In this document: in pieces, positions 47,296-57,504 of the stretch | Layout of the letters: every line of letters begins with the position of its first letter | How positions within the stretch are numbered: position 1 is the stretch's first letter | Assembly: GCA_037481835.1 (NCBI GenBank) | Contig: JBBFKW010000003.1 | Span: 67,462-131,461 of the forward strand | Reading direction: 5' to 3' | DNA from: Desulfosoma sp. | GTDB lineage: Bacteria; Desulfobacterota; Syntrophobacteria; Syntrophobacterales; DSM-9756 | DNA length: 64,000 bases | The notes under the pieces: generated by a model | The model's input: the letters and a program-made list of their open reading frames with translations, nothing else | What the model was told of the DNA's origin: nothing | The model's database searches: none | Translations under genes and position numbers: made by a program

Positions 47296-50043
47296 ATGCC
47301 TGACGTCCAAAGACATTTTCGGCGCGCTCTCATTCTTTTCGGGGTGCTCTTTTCCATCGGCCTTCCCCTCTGCGGCTCTTTCGCCGAGGCCGCTGATCTT
47401 TCCGCGTCGGCCTCGTTCGTCGAACGACACCTCCAATCCCAAGGAGCGGACACCTTCGTGATTTTACGCAACGGCTTGACCGTCCTCATTCGCCCTCGAG
47501 AAGACACCGACGTGGTGGCCGCCAAGGTCTTTGTCCGGGCTGGATCCATTTACGAACAAGAAAAGATGGGTGCGGGCCTGTCCCATTACCTGGAGCATGT
47601 GGTGTCCGGGGGGACCACCAAATCCTTCACGGAGCGAGAAGCCCGGGACCGACTGGAAAAGCTCGGAGGCGCGACCAACGCCTACACGAGCCACGACCGC
47701 ACGGTCTATTACATCACGACCAGTGCGCCCTACTGGCGCGATGCCCTGGATCTGCTCCTATCCTATGTGACGGAAAGCACCCTGGAGGACTCGGAGGTCG
47801 CCCGGGAAAAGGCGGTTATCCAGCAGGAATTCAAGCTCGGCGAAAACGATCCGCACAAAGAGCTTTGGAAACTGTTTATGAAAACGGCCTACCGCGTCCA
47901 CCCTGCCCAGCACCCGGTGATCGGCTATGAGGAAGTGTTCGTCCAAACCAGCCGGGAGGACCTCCTTCGCTACTACACGGCCCGCTATCAGCCCCACAAC
48001 ATGGTGCTGGCCGTCGCCGGGCGCGTGAATCCCGAAGAAGTGATCGCCTTCGTGGGACAGAAGACGGCTTCCACCGCCCGAACGGGACAGGAGGAGCTTT
48101 CCCTGCCCCAGGAGCCTCCCCAGACGGGCCGCCGATGGGCGGAAAAAACGCTTCCCATGGCCCGCATGGTGCAAGCCATGGTGGGCTTCCGATCGGTCCC
48201 GCTGAGCCACGACGACCTTTACGCTTTGGACGTCCTGGCCATCGTGCTGGGCGAAGGGCGCACCAGCCGCCTCTACCAGCGGCTCAAGGACCGGGACCAA
48301 AAGGTCCTTCAGGTCAGCGCCTTCAATTGGACGCCTGCCTATGTGGACGGCCAATTCGTGGTATCCATGACGCTGGCCCCGCAGCACTGGCCCCATGTGC
48401 TGGACGCCTTAAAGGACGAAATCCGCCAGATTCAGGAAAAGGGCGTTTCCGATTCGGAACTGGAAAAGGCCAAGAAAAAAGTCATCGCCGCCCATGTGTT
48501 CGGAAAAGAAACCACGGAAGAAATGGCCTCTTCAGTGGCCTCGTCCTACTTCGACACCGGAGATCCGTATTTCGAGGATCTCTACGCGGAAAAGGTGCGG
48601 CGGGTGCGCAAGGCCGACGTGCAAAAGGCGGCCAAGCGTTACCTGGTGGAAGACGCCATGACCGTTGCAGTGATTCGACCGCAGGAGGTCGCCCGGGACG
48701 AAAAAGAGGCTGCGACGAGGCGCGGCGCAACCGGGACGAAGAGCCCGCAAGGGGCCGTGAAACGGGCGACGCTGCCCAATGGCCTCCGCGTGCTCCTCAA
48801 GGAAGATCACCGATTTCCCTTCGTCACCGTGCAGCTCTACGGCATCGGTGGCGTGCTCCTCGAGGGTCCCGCCGAGGAAGGCTATGCGGCCATGACCGCC
48901 TCGCTGCTCACGGCCGGGACGAAAAAGCGGAGCAAGCTGGAAATCGCCCAGGCCTTGGAATCCGTCGGCGGGAGTCTTGCCAGCGGATCGCAGCATAACA
49001 CCTATTACGTTGCGGCGAAGGTCCTGAGCGAAGATCTGCCGCTGGCTATGGACGTCTTGGCGGATGTGGTGCTGCACCCCGTTTTCCCGCTGCCCGAGGT
49101 GGAAAAGAAAAGGCAGGAGACCCTTCTTGCCATTCAAAAGCAGGATGAAAACTGGCAGACGGAACTCGCGCGTCTGTTCAAGAAGAACTTTTTCCGCGCG
49201 CATCCTTACGGCCACGATATTCTCGGGAGCGAAGCCTCCATCCGAGCCGTCACCCGGGAAATGCTGCAGCGGTTTTATTCCAAGATGGTCGTGCCGCAGC
49301 GGGCTGTTTTGGCCGTCTACGGGGATTTCGATTCAGCCGCGCTCATGCCGCTCCTTAACAAGGCTTTCCAGACGTGGCGGCCTTCGGGACCTTCGGGCAT
49401 GCCCGCCGTGCCGCAGGACGACGGCCGAATCCAAGGCCTTCACGTCGTTGAGAAAAAAAACGACAAGACGTCCCTCGGCCTCTTTGTGGGCACCCGCGGC
49501 TTGGATCTTCATGACGAGCGCATGGCCGCGCTGGATGTGCTGGATGCAGTGCTTTCCGGCATCGGTTATCCCGGAGGACGGCTTCACGCCGCTCTGCGAG
49601 GCGGAGACAACAATCTGGTGTACGTGGTGCACGCTTTTCCCTTCAGCGGCTATCGGGCGGGATACTTTGGCGTGATCACCCAGACGACCCAGAAAAACGG
49701 GCAGCGCGTGGAATCGATCATCCATGAACATCTGGACCGGATCATGAAGGAACCCGTTGGCGACGAGGAAATGCAGCGGGCCAAGGACATGGTGATCACC
49801 ATGCACCTGCTGGAATTGGAAAGCCTGGAAGCCCAGGCGCGCAGCGCCGCCGTCAATGAGCTCCTCGGACTGGGCTACGATTACGCCGCCCGCTACCCGG
49901 ACCTGGTGCGTGCGGTGACGGCCGAGGACGTCCGCAAACTGGCGGAAGAACTCTTCGCCGGGCGCCTTGTGGTGCGCACCGTTCCCGAAAATCCGGTGGA
50001 AGCCCTTCCTGCGGACATGCCCGCCCCGGCCCATATCCGCTAG
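47296..50043 (+). CDS. Exported M16 (pitrilysin-like) zinc protease, two-module single chain
   Basis: Signal peptide, HYLEH (HxxEH), NAYTS, second module lacking HxxEH. Confidence 0.92.
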   Translation: MPDVQRHFRRALILFGVLFSIGLPLCGSFAEAADLSASASFVERHLQSQGADTFVILRNGLTVLIRPREDTDVVAAKVFVRAGSIYEQEKMGAGLSHYLEHVVSGGTTKSFTEREARDRLEKLGGATNAYTSHDRTVYYITTSAPYWRDALDLLLSYVTESTLEDSEVAREKAVIQQEFKLGENDPHKELWKLFMKTAYRVHPAQHPVIGYEEVFVQTSREDLLRYYTARYQPHNMVLAVAGRVNPEEVIAFVGQKTASTARTGQEELSLPQEPPQTGRRWAEKTLPMARMVQAMVGFRSVPLSHDDLYALDVLAIVLGEGRTSRLYQRLKDRDQKVLQVSAFNWTPAYVDGQFVVSMTLAPQHWPHVLDALKDEIRQIQEKGVSDSELEKAKKKVIAAHVFGKETTEEMASSVASSYFDTGDPYFEDLYAEKVRRVRKADVQKAAKRYLVEDAMTVAVIRPQEVARDEKEAATRRGATGTKSPQGAVKRATLPNGLRVLLKEDHRFPFVTVQLYGIGGVLLEGPAEEGYAAMTASLLTAGTKKRSKLEIAQALESVGGSLASGSQHNTYYVAAKVLSEDLPLAMDVLADVVLHPVFPLPEVEKKRQETLLAIQKQDENWQTELARLFKKNFFRAHPYGHDILGSEASIRAVTREMLQRFYSKMVVPQRAVLAVYGDFDSAALMPLLNKAFQTWRPSGPSGMPAVPQDDGRIQGLHVVEKKNDKTSLGLFVGTRGLDLHDERMAALDVLDAVLSGIGYPGGRLHAALRGGDNNLVYVVHAFPFSGYRAGYFGVITQTTQKNGQRVESIIHEHLDRIMKEPVGDEEMQRAKDMVITMHLLELESLEAQARSAAVNELLGLGYDYAARYPDLVRAVTAEDVRKLAEELFAGRLVVRTVPENPVEALPADMPAPAHIR

Positions 50044-50071
50044 GGTGCGATCCGCGCGGGCCTCCGCCTTC

Positions 50072-51820
50072 TCAGGGGCGCGACACACTCAGGCGCTCTC
50101 GGAGCCTCTCCGCGTTGTCCCGCGCAAAATCCAGCGTGGGATCCAATTCCAAAGCCATTTCGTAGAGGCGCAGCGCTTCGCGCTCATGGCCCAGTTCTCG
50201 CAAGTTGGAGCCGATGTTGGCGTAATCGATGGCCGATCCGGGATCGATTTCAATGGCTTTTTCGAAGGCTTCGATGGCCTTCATGTGCTTTTTGAGTTTG
50301 TAGAGGCAAAAGCCCTTCAGGTTGTAGATTTCCTTCAACCCCGGGTTGATTTTCTCCGCTTCTTCCAGGGCGTCCAGGGCGTCGTCGTAACGGCCCAAGT
50401 CTTTGCGGCATGAGGCGATATGGACGTAAATGCTTGCGAGTTCCTGGGGGTCTGGGTTTTGCCGAAGGGATTTTTCAAAGAGTGTGAGAGCCTCTTCGGA
50501 GCGTTCCATGCGTTCCAGGGCGTGGGCCGTAAAGAAGGTGAGATCGTAGCGCGGACCGAAGAGGCGTCCCAGACGCGTGAGCTGTTCCAGGGCTTCGGGA
50601 GGATCCAGGCTTCTAAGGACCGTGCGGGCCATGTGCTGAGCAAAGTCCGTGTGACGGGTGTGTTCGAGGAAGTGGGCTCCGGGAACGATGACGTAGACGC
50701 TGGGAATGGCGAGCTCCTCGTGGGTGACGTTGACGGCGAGGACATCCAAGTTGAGATGGGATAGGGCTTCGACGGCGCGCTGGATTTCCACGCGCAGATT
50801 GTCGTCACTCACATCGGGCAACGCCTCGATGGAAACGCTCCGTTCTCCGGCCATGAGATAAGCGGCTTCCTGAAGCGAGCCGTACTTGGGCAAGGTGGGC
50901 TTGTAGGTCGTTCGGTTCTCGAAATCCCCCGCCAGTTGGGCCACTTCGGTCAGGGCCCGACACAGGGATTTTGCCGGATGGGACGTGGTTCCCGCCGTGA
51001 AGACGATTTCGCTCTTCAGGGGGAACGTCTGCGGGTCGTAGGCCAAAACGCCCACGCTGGGAATGCCCGTGTCCAATGAAAAATCGCGGACGAACAGGCG
51101 GATTCCACACCGGTGGAACTTTCCGATGAGTTCCCTCGCCGCCTCGTCTCGGACACTTTCGAGATCGATGGCCGGCGTGAGGCGCCGTTCATAGGAAATG
51201 ACCGAGCCCACATGCCTTTCGACGACTTCGCATAGGGCCTGCAACACGGCCTCTTCCAGCGTGTTCCCCGCGGCGGGACCGTTGTATTCGTTGATGAGAT
51301 AAAACCAATCGATGGGGACCCATTGGTCCCAATCCTTGGTGAGGTTTCGGCCGGGAACCCAGTGCATGGGGCATTCCTTGAGGAAGTTCCGGACGCGGTC
51401 GACCGGCGTTTCGGTGTCGTGGACGGACTTCAAGAGCACGTCCGGAGCCGTTGCCGCCCCGTCCAACGCGTCCATGGGGGCTTTGAGGAACCGCTGGGCG
51501 TTGATGAAGGAAAAGAAGCTGAACCGTTCCATGAGTTCCATCAGAGCGCTGGCTTCCGCCTGGGAAGGAGTGGCGCCTTTGCCCATCTGCTTTTGCGTGC
51601 CCGTCAGGGCGGCGGCATCGGGGCCGCACAGGCTGATGTAGACGGGGATACCCAATCGGCCCGAATCGATGCGAAGCGTCTTGGCGAGAACGCGCATGCG
51701 AAGATTTTCAAGACGCCCGCGCACCCACTGTATGGTCTCTTCGGGGAATCGGGCCTTTTCCTGATCATATCGGAAGGTTTTAAAGCAATCACGCACTGTG
51801 ATGCGGGAATCCAGGCGCAT
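50072..51820 (-). CDS. YcaO-family protein with C-terminal TPR repeats
   Basis: GKGATPSQAEASALMELMER, NGPAAGNTLEEAVLQALCEVVERH, ALTEVAQ; TPR motifs IYNLKGFCLY and DYANIGS. Confidence 0.92.
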   Translation of the reverse strand: MRLDSRITVRDCFKTFRYDQEKARFPEETIQWVRGRLENLRMRVLAKTLRIDSGRLGIPVYISLCGPDAAALTGTQKQMGKGATPSQAEASALMELMERFSFFSFINAQRFLKAPMDALDGAATAPDVLLKSVHDTETPVDRVRNFLKECPMHWVPGRNLTKDWDQWVPIDWFYLINEYNGPAAGNTLEEAVLQALCEVVERHVGSVISYERRLTPAIDLESVRDEAARELIGKFHRCGIRLFVRDFSLDTGIPSVGVLAYDPQTFPLKSEIVFTAGTTSHPAKSLCRALTEVAQLAGDFENRTTYKPTLPKYGSLQEAAYLMAGERSVSIEALPDVSDDNLRVEIQRAVEALSHLNLDVLAVNVTHEELAIPSVYVIVPGAHFLEHTRHTDFAQHMARTVLRSLDPPEALEQLTRLGRLFGPRYDLTFFTAHALERMERSEEALTLFEKSLRQNPDPQELASIYVHIASCRKDLGRYDDALDALEEAEKINPGLKEIYNLKGFCLYKLKKHMKAIEAFEKAIEIDPGSAIDYANIGSNLRELGHEREALRLYEMALELDPTLDFARDNAERLRERLSVSRP

Positions 51821-51900
51821 GGGGGGCTCTCCTCTGTGACAGCCGGGGTCCAGGTTCAGGTTCGCAGGCATAGCGGCGGGGACCCTGCGATTCGGCGCGG

Positions 51901-52800
51901 TCATGATGAAAGGCTGTGGGCGGTTTTGGCGTTGTGGGCGTCCACGGAGGCACGGATGGTTTCCAAGAGCTGCCGGGCTTGAATCCCGGATTGAAAGGAT
52001 CGGGGCAGGCCCTTGACGGATCGGAGCTCTTCCAAGGTTTCGGGCATTTTTTGCGCAAGCCGGATCAAGGCCTCGTTGGGGAGGACGCGGAACGGCGCCC
52101 GGTCCAGCCTTCGGGCCGTTGCATCGCGAAAGGTGTAGAGGTCTTTCAGCACGGAGCGGGCCTTGCGGGACAAGCCCCGCACTCCCTGGAGCCGCCGATA
52201 GCCGTCGGCAGGAAAGCGTTCTCGGGGCGGGGCTTGATCACACACGCGGGCGAACGCCTCCCGCGCCTGGTCCCACAGGCCCCTGTGCACCAGTTCCCCG
52301 TAGAGCTGGTCGCGCAGGGAAATGAGGTAATGCGTGTCCAGGCGGGCGTAGTGGAGCTGGCAATCCTTCAAGGGGCGCACGCCCCAGTCACAGCGCTGCC
52401 ATTTCTTGTCGAGCTGGACCTGAAACCGAGCCGCCAGCACGTGGGACAAACCCAGGTGTTTTTCGCCCAAGATCTTGCAGGCAACGGCCGTATCGAACAC
52501 GTTTCGGAACGAAAAGCCGAAATCCCTCTTGAGGGACCCGATGTCGTTGGCCGCGGCATGAAAGATTTTTTCCACGGCGGGGTCTTGAAAAAGGTTTGAC
52601 AAACATTCCGGGTGGGCGATGCTTAGGGGGTCGATGATGTAATCATCCTGATCCGTGGAAATCTGGATCAGGCACACGCGTTCGAAGTAGGCATAATAGC
52701 CGTTGGATTCCGTGTCCACGGCGATGCGGGGGCAGGAAAGCAGCGTGTTCAGGCTCTTCTCCAAGGCATGATCCGACTCGATGAGGATATAGGGCCGCAT
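51901..52800 (-). CDS. rnd: Ribonuclease D (DEDD exonuclease + HRDC)
   Basis: AVDTES, LIQIST, KIFHAAANDI, FDT, YARLDTHYL, HRDC FRVLPNE. Confidence 0.9.
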   Translation of the reverse strand: MRPYILIESDHALEKSLNTLLSCPRIAVDTESNGYYAYFERVCLIQISTDQDDYIIDPLSIAHPECLSNLFQDPAVEKIFHAAANDIGSLKRDFGFSFRNVFDTAVACKILGEKHLGLSHVLAARFQVQLDKKWQRCDWGVRPLKDCQLHYARLDTHYLISLRDQLYGELVHRGLWDQAREAFARVCDQAPPRERFPADGYRRLQGVRGLSRKARSVLKDLYTFRDATARRLDRAPFRVLPNEALIRLAQKMPETLEELRSVKGLPRSFQSGIQARQLLETIRASVDAHNAKTAHSLSS

Positions 52801-52860
52801 GAGAAGGGGTCTCGATTCCTGTCCTCGTTTTGCCCGCTGGAAGCCTACCGGAGTGGGGCC

Positions 52861-53631
52861 ATGAGTCGCAAAAGGAAAAAATCCACCCCCCCGCCTCCGT
52901 CGATCCGTACCAAGGCGTCGCCCGCCGATGAGCAGGGCTTCTATACCCCTTTCTCCTGCTTGGATCAATACGGGAAACGCAAGACTCGCCGGTCTTCAGC
53001 GCGAAACCTTGTGCCCGAAACCGGAACGGCTCCTGGGGCGGCGGGGGATGAGTCTTTCGGGGAAGAGCGGCTTTTTCTTGAAGCCATGGCCGATGTGGTC
53101 CCACTGCCGCAGGATGCCAGGCAACGCGTCCCTCCGGGCGGGCCTACGGGAGGGTTTCCGCGCTTTGCCGTGCGCGAAGACTGGGAAGTCCTGGCCCATC
53201 TTGCGGATCTTGTGAGCGGCGAAAGCCGGTTTTCCGTCCACTATTCCGACGAATACATGGACGGGGCGGTGGTCGGTCTAGCGCCCACGGTGCTCAAGCG
53301 GCTCCGAAACGGCGACTTCAGCTACCAGGACCATGTGGACCTGCACGGGTTGACCCGACAGGAAGCCCAGGACCGGGTGACGGACTTCCTCCTGCGCAGC
53401 CATGCCCGAGGGGTCCGCTGCGTGTTGGTGATCTGCGGCCGAGGACTCAATTCCCAGGGCAAAGAGCCGGTCCTGAAGCGTGAGCTCGTCAACTGGATGA
53501 CCCGGGCTCCGCTCAAACGGCTCGTGCTGGCCTTCGCCAGTGCAAGGACGTGGGACGGAGGGGCGGGAGCCGTCTACGTGTTGCTGCGCCGCCGCAAAGG
53601 AAAAGCCCCCGTGCGCACGCCGGCTCTGTAG
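52861..53631 (+). CDS. Smr/MutS2 domain protein
   Basis: VDLHGLT, VICGRGLNS, VLK, GGAGAVYVLL. Confidence 0.92.
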   Translation: MSRKRKKSTPPPPSIRTKASPADEQGFYTPFSCLDQYGKRKTRRSSARNLVPETGTAPGAAGDESFGEERLFLEAMADVVPLPQDARQRVPPGGPTGGFPRFAVREDWEVLAHLADLVSGESRFSVHYSDEYMDGAVVGLAPTVLKRLRNGDFSYQDHVDLHGLTRQEAQDRVTDFLLRSHARGVRCVLVICGRGLNSQGKEPVLKRELVNWMTRAPLKRLVLAFASARTWDGGAGAVYVLLRRRKGKAPVRTPAL

Positions 53632-53728
53632 CCGCCAGGCCGCCGCGGCCCGCCCAGGGCCCCGGATTCGCGCCGACCCGGGAGCTCGTCTGAAAAGGGC
53701 TCGCTTGCCTCATGCCACGTTGAGTTCC

Positions 53729-53982
53729 CGTCCCCGCCAAAGCGGCAGTCCAGATTTCATGGATTCCCGGTAACGCGTTGGGGTTCGCTTTGCTCACCCC
53801 AACCTACGGCTTTGTTGGGATGCCGGCTGGGGAATGGAGGTTGGGGTTCGCTTCGCTCACCCCAACCTACGGGTTTGTTTAAGGATGTTGGCCGGGGAAT
53901 GTAGGTTGGGGTGAGCGAAGCGAACCCCAACACGAATTCCCACATTTCCAGCAACCGATGGACTCCCGCTTGGGCGGGAGCG
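53729..53982. repeat. REP family A triplet flanked by a further palindromic repeat (family E)
   Basis: A copies 53777-53807(-), 53840-53870(-), 53901-53931(+); E copies CGTCCCCGCCAAAGCGGCAGTCCAG 53729-53753 and TGGACTCCCGCTTGGGCGGGAGCG 53959-53982. Confidence 0.85.
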
Positions 53983-54136
53983 CGGTTTGCAGAGTTCTCG
54001 GAGAACTTAGTCCCATTCAACAAGATGCGACGCCCAAAGCCGGCATTGCCGCCTGCCGCAAGAAAACCGGCTGGGAGAGGATCTTCCCGCCCCACTTTTG
54101 GGGTTCCTGGAAGTTGCGTGCAATGGCCTTGAGGGT

Positions 54137-55072
54137 TCAGCGGACGAGGACCTGCACGCCCTTGAGCAGACGGCTCGGAAGCCGTATGTCCCCCATAAGG
54201 GTGCTCACCCGGACTCCCAAAAGGATGAACACGGCCCCGACCAATTGGGCCCAGGACAGGGTCTCGTCCAAGACAATGCGGGCCGTCAGGACGGTGACCA
54301 GGGGAATGAGATTGATCCACACGGCCACCTGAGATGCGGGGAGAATTTGCAGCGAGGTGTTATAGAGCCAAAAGGCTGCAAGGGTTGCGAAAAAGGCGAG
54401 AAACAACAGGCTGATGACCGCCTGAGCCGTGGGAATCGCCCTCACGGCGCTTTCTCCGTCGGCGAAGGCGAACAGCGCGAAAAAAACCGTGGCGAAGGCG
54501 GCTTGGATCGTCGTCAAGGTCATGGGCCGATAGCGGGCGCTCAGGGATCGGCTGACGATGGTATAGACCGAGGCGCACAGGGCTGCGCCCATGATGAGCA
54601 GATTTCCCAGGAAGGGGGAGGTGGCCTGGGAAGAACCGTCCATGTCTTTATGGACGAGAAAGGCGATGCCGACCAGGGTCAAGGCCACGCCGAGCCCCGT
54701 TTTGAGGCGGACGGGTTCTTTGAGGAAAGCGGCGCCGAGGATCATGACGAAGACAGGGATGGACCCGATGATCAAGGACGCCACGGAGGCGCTCGTATAC
54801 ATCAGGCCCCGGGTTTCGCACAGAAAATACAAGCCCGGTTCCATCACCCCCAAGAGGCAAAAAAGCCCGAGATCCCGGCCGTGCAGCTTTTCCCTTTTGA
54901 AGAAGAAAAAGGCCGGCAGGAGAAAGCCGGAAGCGACGGCGAATCGCAAAGCAAGAAGCCCATAGGGCGTAAAGATCTGCAGCGCCACCTTGGTGGCCAC
55001 AAAAGAAGCACCCCAGATGAGGCACGCCGCGGCGGCCGCCGCGTATCCTTTCACATTGCCGTTCAGCATCAC
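54137..55072 (-). CDS. EamA/DMT family transporter
   Basis: IWGASF, LRFAVA, two EamA repeats, about 10 TM segments. Confidence 0.92.
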   Translation of the reverse strand: MMLNGNVKGYAAAAAACLIWGASFVATKVALQIFTPYGLLALRFAVASGFLLPAFFFFKREKLHGRDLGLFCLLGVMEPGLYFLCETRGLMYTSASVASLIIGSIPVFVMILGAAFLKEPVRLKTGLGVALTLVGIAFLVHKDMDGSSQATSPFLGNLLIMGAALCASVYTIVSRSLSARYRPMTLTTIQAAFATVFFALFAFADGESAVRAIPTAQAVISLLFLAFFATLAAFWLYNTSLQILPASQVAVWINLIPLVTVLTARIVLDETLSWAQLVGAVFILLGVRVSTLMGDIRLPSRLLKGVQVLVR

Positions 55073-55089
55073 TCGGGCCCCGAGACGAC

Positions 55090-55136
55090 AAAAAAAGAGA
55101 GAACCCGCATGGAAGCACCCTGCGGGCTCTCTTTTT
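55090..55136. terminator. Bidirectional intrinsic terminator
   Basis: AAAAAAAGAGAG..CCCGCA / TGCGGG..CTCTCTTTTT hairpin just after the ferritin-like gene stop. Confidence 0.75.
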
Positions 55137-55157
55137 CGGCGACGGTCACAAAAAGGT

Positions 55158-55619
55158 TTAATCCCAGCTCAGGATCTGATCGTCGTAGAGTTCCTCGATT
55201 TTGCGCTTATGCTTAATTTCTTCCTGGGCGAGCATTTCGAAAACCTTGGCCGTTTTCTCGTGCATGCACTTTTCTTTCCATGCGCTGTAGAAGGCATGGG
55301 CCTTTTCTTCTTTCTTCATGGCCAAAGTCAGGGCTTCCTGATACGTCATGTCGTCTCGGAAGGGCACATCCATCAGATAGTCGCTGATCTTGAGATCTTC
55401 GACCTTATCCAGTTTGAAATCTTCCAGTCCCGCGGGGTCCAGACCTTTCAGGAGTTCGCGATGCTTCTTTTCTTCCTCGACCATTTCGAGGAAAAATTCC
55501 TTGATGCCGGGGTTCTTGGCCTTGTCGGCGCATTTTTGGTAGAAGTCCATGGCCAGTTCTTCTTTCTTGATGGCGAAGTTCACCACGTCATCAAAGGATC
55601 GACAGGTCAAGACGGACAT
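55158..55619 (-). CDS. Rubrerythrin/ferritin-like di-iron protein
   Basis: Duplicated AIKKEE..FY / EEKKH and AMKKEE..FY / EEIKH motifs; SD GGAGG before ATG 55619. Confidence 0.9.
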   Translation of the reverse strand: MSVLTCRSFDDVVNFAIKKEELAMDFYQKCADKAKNPGIKEFFLEMVEEEKKHRELLKGLDPAGLEDFKLDKVEDLKISDYLMDVPFRDDMTYQEALTLAMKKEEKAHAFYSAWKEKCMHEKTAKVFEMLAQEEIKHKRKIEELYDDQILSWD

Positions 55620-55751
55620 GACGGCCTCCTCTTTGGGTCCAATGGCGAAAAGTTGCCCTTGCGCGTTTTTCCGCGAACTTGGATTCTCATAGCAGAATCC
55701 TAAGGCTGGAAGCAACCGGTTTCAAGATTCCCGGAAGGTCCTCCCCTGCGC

Positions 55752-57497
55752 TCACGCAAAAAGGGGCACGGCTTCGAACCGCTCCACGTCCACCAGGCCG
55801 CGGGAGGTCATCTTGAGGGCGGGGATGACCGGCAAAGCCAAAAAGGAAAGCGCCATGAAGGGATGCTTCAAGGAAGAGCCGAGGGCGCGGGCGGCTTCGT
55901 TCACGTCTTCCAGGGCGCGACACACCTCTTTTAGCGGCTTCAGGCTCATGAGGCCGGCGACGGGCAGGGGCATGTGGGCCATCAGCCCCTGCGAGGAAGC
56001 GACGCTCATCCCGCCGCGGCTTTCTATGACCGCCCGGACGGCGGATGTTATGGCGTCATCGTCCGCCCCGACGGCGATCAGATGGTGGGAGTCGTGAGCC
56101 ACCGTGCTTGCCAAAGCCCCTTCCCGAAGGCCGAATCCCCGGACGAAGCCCACCGCCGGCCGACCGGCGTCCTTCCCTGAATCGTAGCGGTTGAAGACGA
56201 CGATTTTCAAAAGATCCCGATCGACGTCGCAGACGGCGGCGTCATCGCGGATCGTCGCCGGAAGGACCAGATGGTCGGTTATGACGCTGCCTTCGCGCAC
56301 CCCGATCACCCGCAGCAGACGTCCCCGGGCGGGAACCCGAAGGTCTTCGGGATCCACGCGGGAGACGGCCATGGGACTCGGCAGGCTTTCCATGATCGTG
56401 TCCCGCGGCCAGTCTTCGGGCCGGCACAGGGCCCCGTCCTGCACGACGCACCGGCCGTCTTTGAAAACGAGGCTCGGTTTCCACGGCGTCAAGGTAGGAC
56501 TTACGGAAAAATCCGCCGCATATCCCGGGGCGACGGCGCCTCGACCCCGAAGGCCGAAAGCCTGGGCGGCGGTCCACGACGCCAGGGCGACGGCGCGCAC
56601 GGGATCCATGCCCAGAGCGGTCGCCCGATTGACCACGCTGTCCATGTGGCCTTCGCGGAGCAGATCGGTGGGATGCCGATCATCGGAAACGAAAAGGCAG
56701 CGCGGCCAAGTGGCGTCCGTCACGGCGCCGAGGAGGGTGGCCATGTCCTTGGATTGGCTTCCTTCCCGGATCATGAGGGTCATGCCTTTGGCGAGTTTTT
56801 CCAGGGCTTCGTCCAGCGTGGTCGTTTCATGGTCGGAGGAGATCCCGCAGGCGAGGTAGGCGTTGAGATCTTCGCCCGTGACCTTCGGGCAGTGCCCGTC
56901 GCGAATCGTGTCCTGAAAGAGGACGATCTTTTCCAGCACGGCGGGGTCTGCGTCGAGCACGCCGGGAAAATTCATCATTTCCGCCAGCCCGAGCACCCTG
57001 GGATGGCTGCGGAGCGTATGGAGATCGGCGCCCCGCAGGACCGCTCCGGCGGGATCCATGGGGGAGGCCGGAACACAGCTGGGAAGCATGAAGAAAAAAT
57101 CCAAGGGCAAGCCTTCCGACGCCTGGATCAGCGCGAGAATCCCCGGAAGGCCCAAAACGTTGGCGATTTCATGAGGGTCCAGGACCACGGCCGTGGTGCC
57201 GTGCGGCAGGACCGCTTTGGCGAATTCCGTGGGGCTGAGCAGTGTGCTTTCCAGGTGAAGGTGCCCGTCGATGAAGCCCGGAGCCACAAAGGCGCCGTGA
57301 AGATCCATTTCGCATCGGCCCCTGTAGTCTCCCCAGCCCGCAATGCGACCCCCATGCACCGCAAGATGCCCCGGCTGGAGGGCCCCGGTACAGACATTGA
57401 CGATCCGGACGTTTCGAAGGCACAGTTGTGCAACCTTGCGCCCGCGGGCGACCTCGATGAGCTCGCCCAGGGCGGCCATGTCCATCAGCGGCGACAT
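55752..57497 (-). CDS. ade: Adenine deaminase
   Basis: PGFIDGHLHLES, DPHEIANV, GLAEMMN, DGH, SDHE, SDDRH, STVAHDSH. Confidence 0.95.
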   Translation of the reverse strand: MSPLMDMAALGELIEVARGRKVAQLCLRNVRIVNVCTGALQPGHLAVHGGRIAGWGDYRGRCEMDLHGAFVAPGFIDGHLHLESTLLSPTEFAKAVLPHGTTAVVLDPHEIANVLGLPGILALIQASEGLPLDFFFMLPSCVPASPMDPAGAVLRGADLHTLRSHPRVLGLAEMMNFPGVLDADPAVLEKIVLFQDTIRDGHCPKVTGEDLNAYLACGISSDHETTTLDEALEKLAKGMTLMIREGSQSKDMATLLGAVTDATWPRCLFVSDDRHPTDLLREGHMDSVVNRATALGMDPVRAVALASWTAAQAFGLRGRGAVAPGYAADFSVSPTLTPWKPSLVFKDGRCVVQDGALCRPEDWPRDTIMESLPSPMAVSRVDPEDLRVPARGRLLRVIGVREGSVITDHLVLPATIRDDAAVCDVDRDLLKIVVFNRYDSGKDAGRPAVGFVRGFGLREGALASTVAHDSHHLIAVGADDDAITSAVRAVIESRGGMSVASSQGLMAHMPLPVAGLMSLKPLKEVCRALEDVNEAARALGSSLKHPFMALSFLALPVIPALKMTSRGLVDVERFEAVPLFA

Positions 57498-57504
57498 AAG
57501 GCGC

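Noticed and set aside
47296-51820. YcaO plus M16 peptidase as a RiPP cluster
   Set aside because: The genes are convergent, the peptidase has a signal peptide while YcaO is cytoplasmic, and no Cys/Ser/Thr-rich precursor is nearby.
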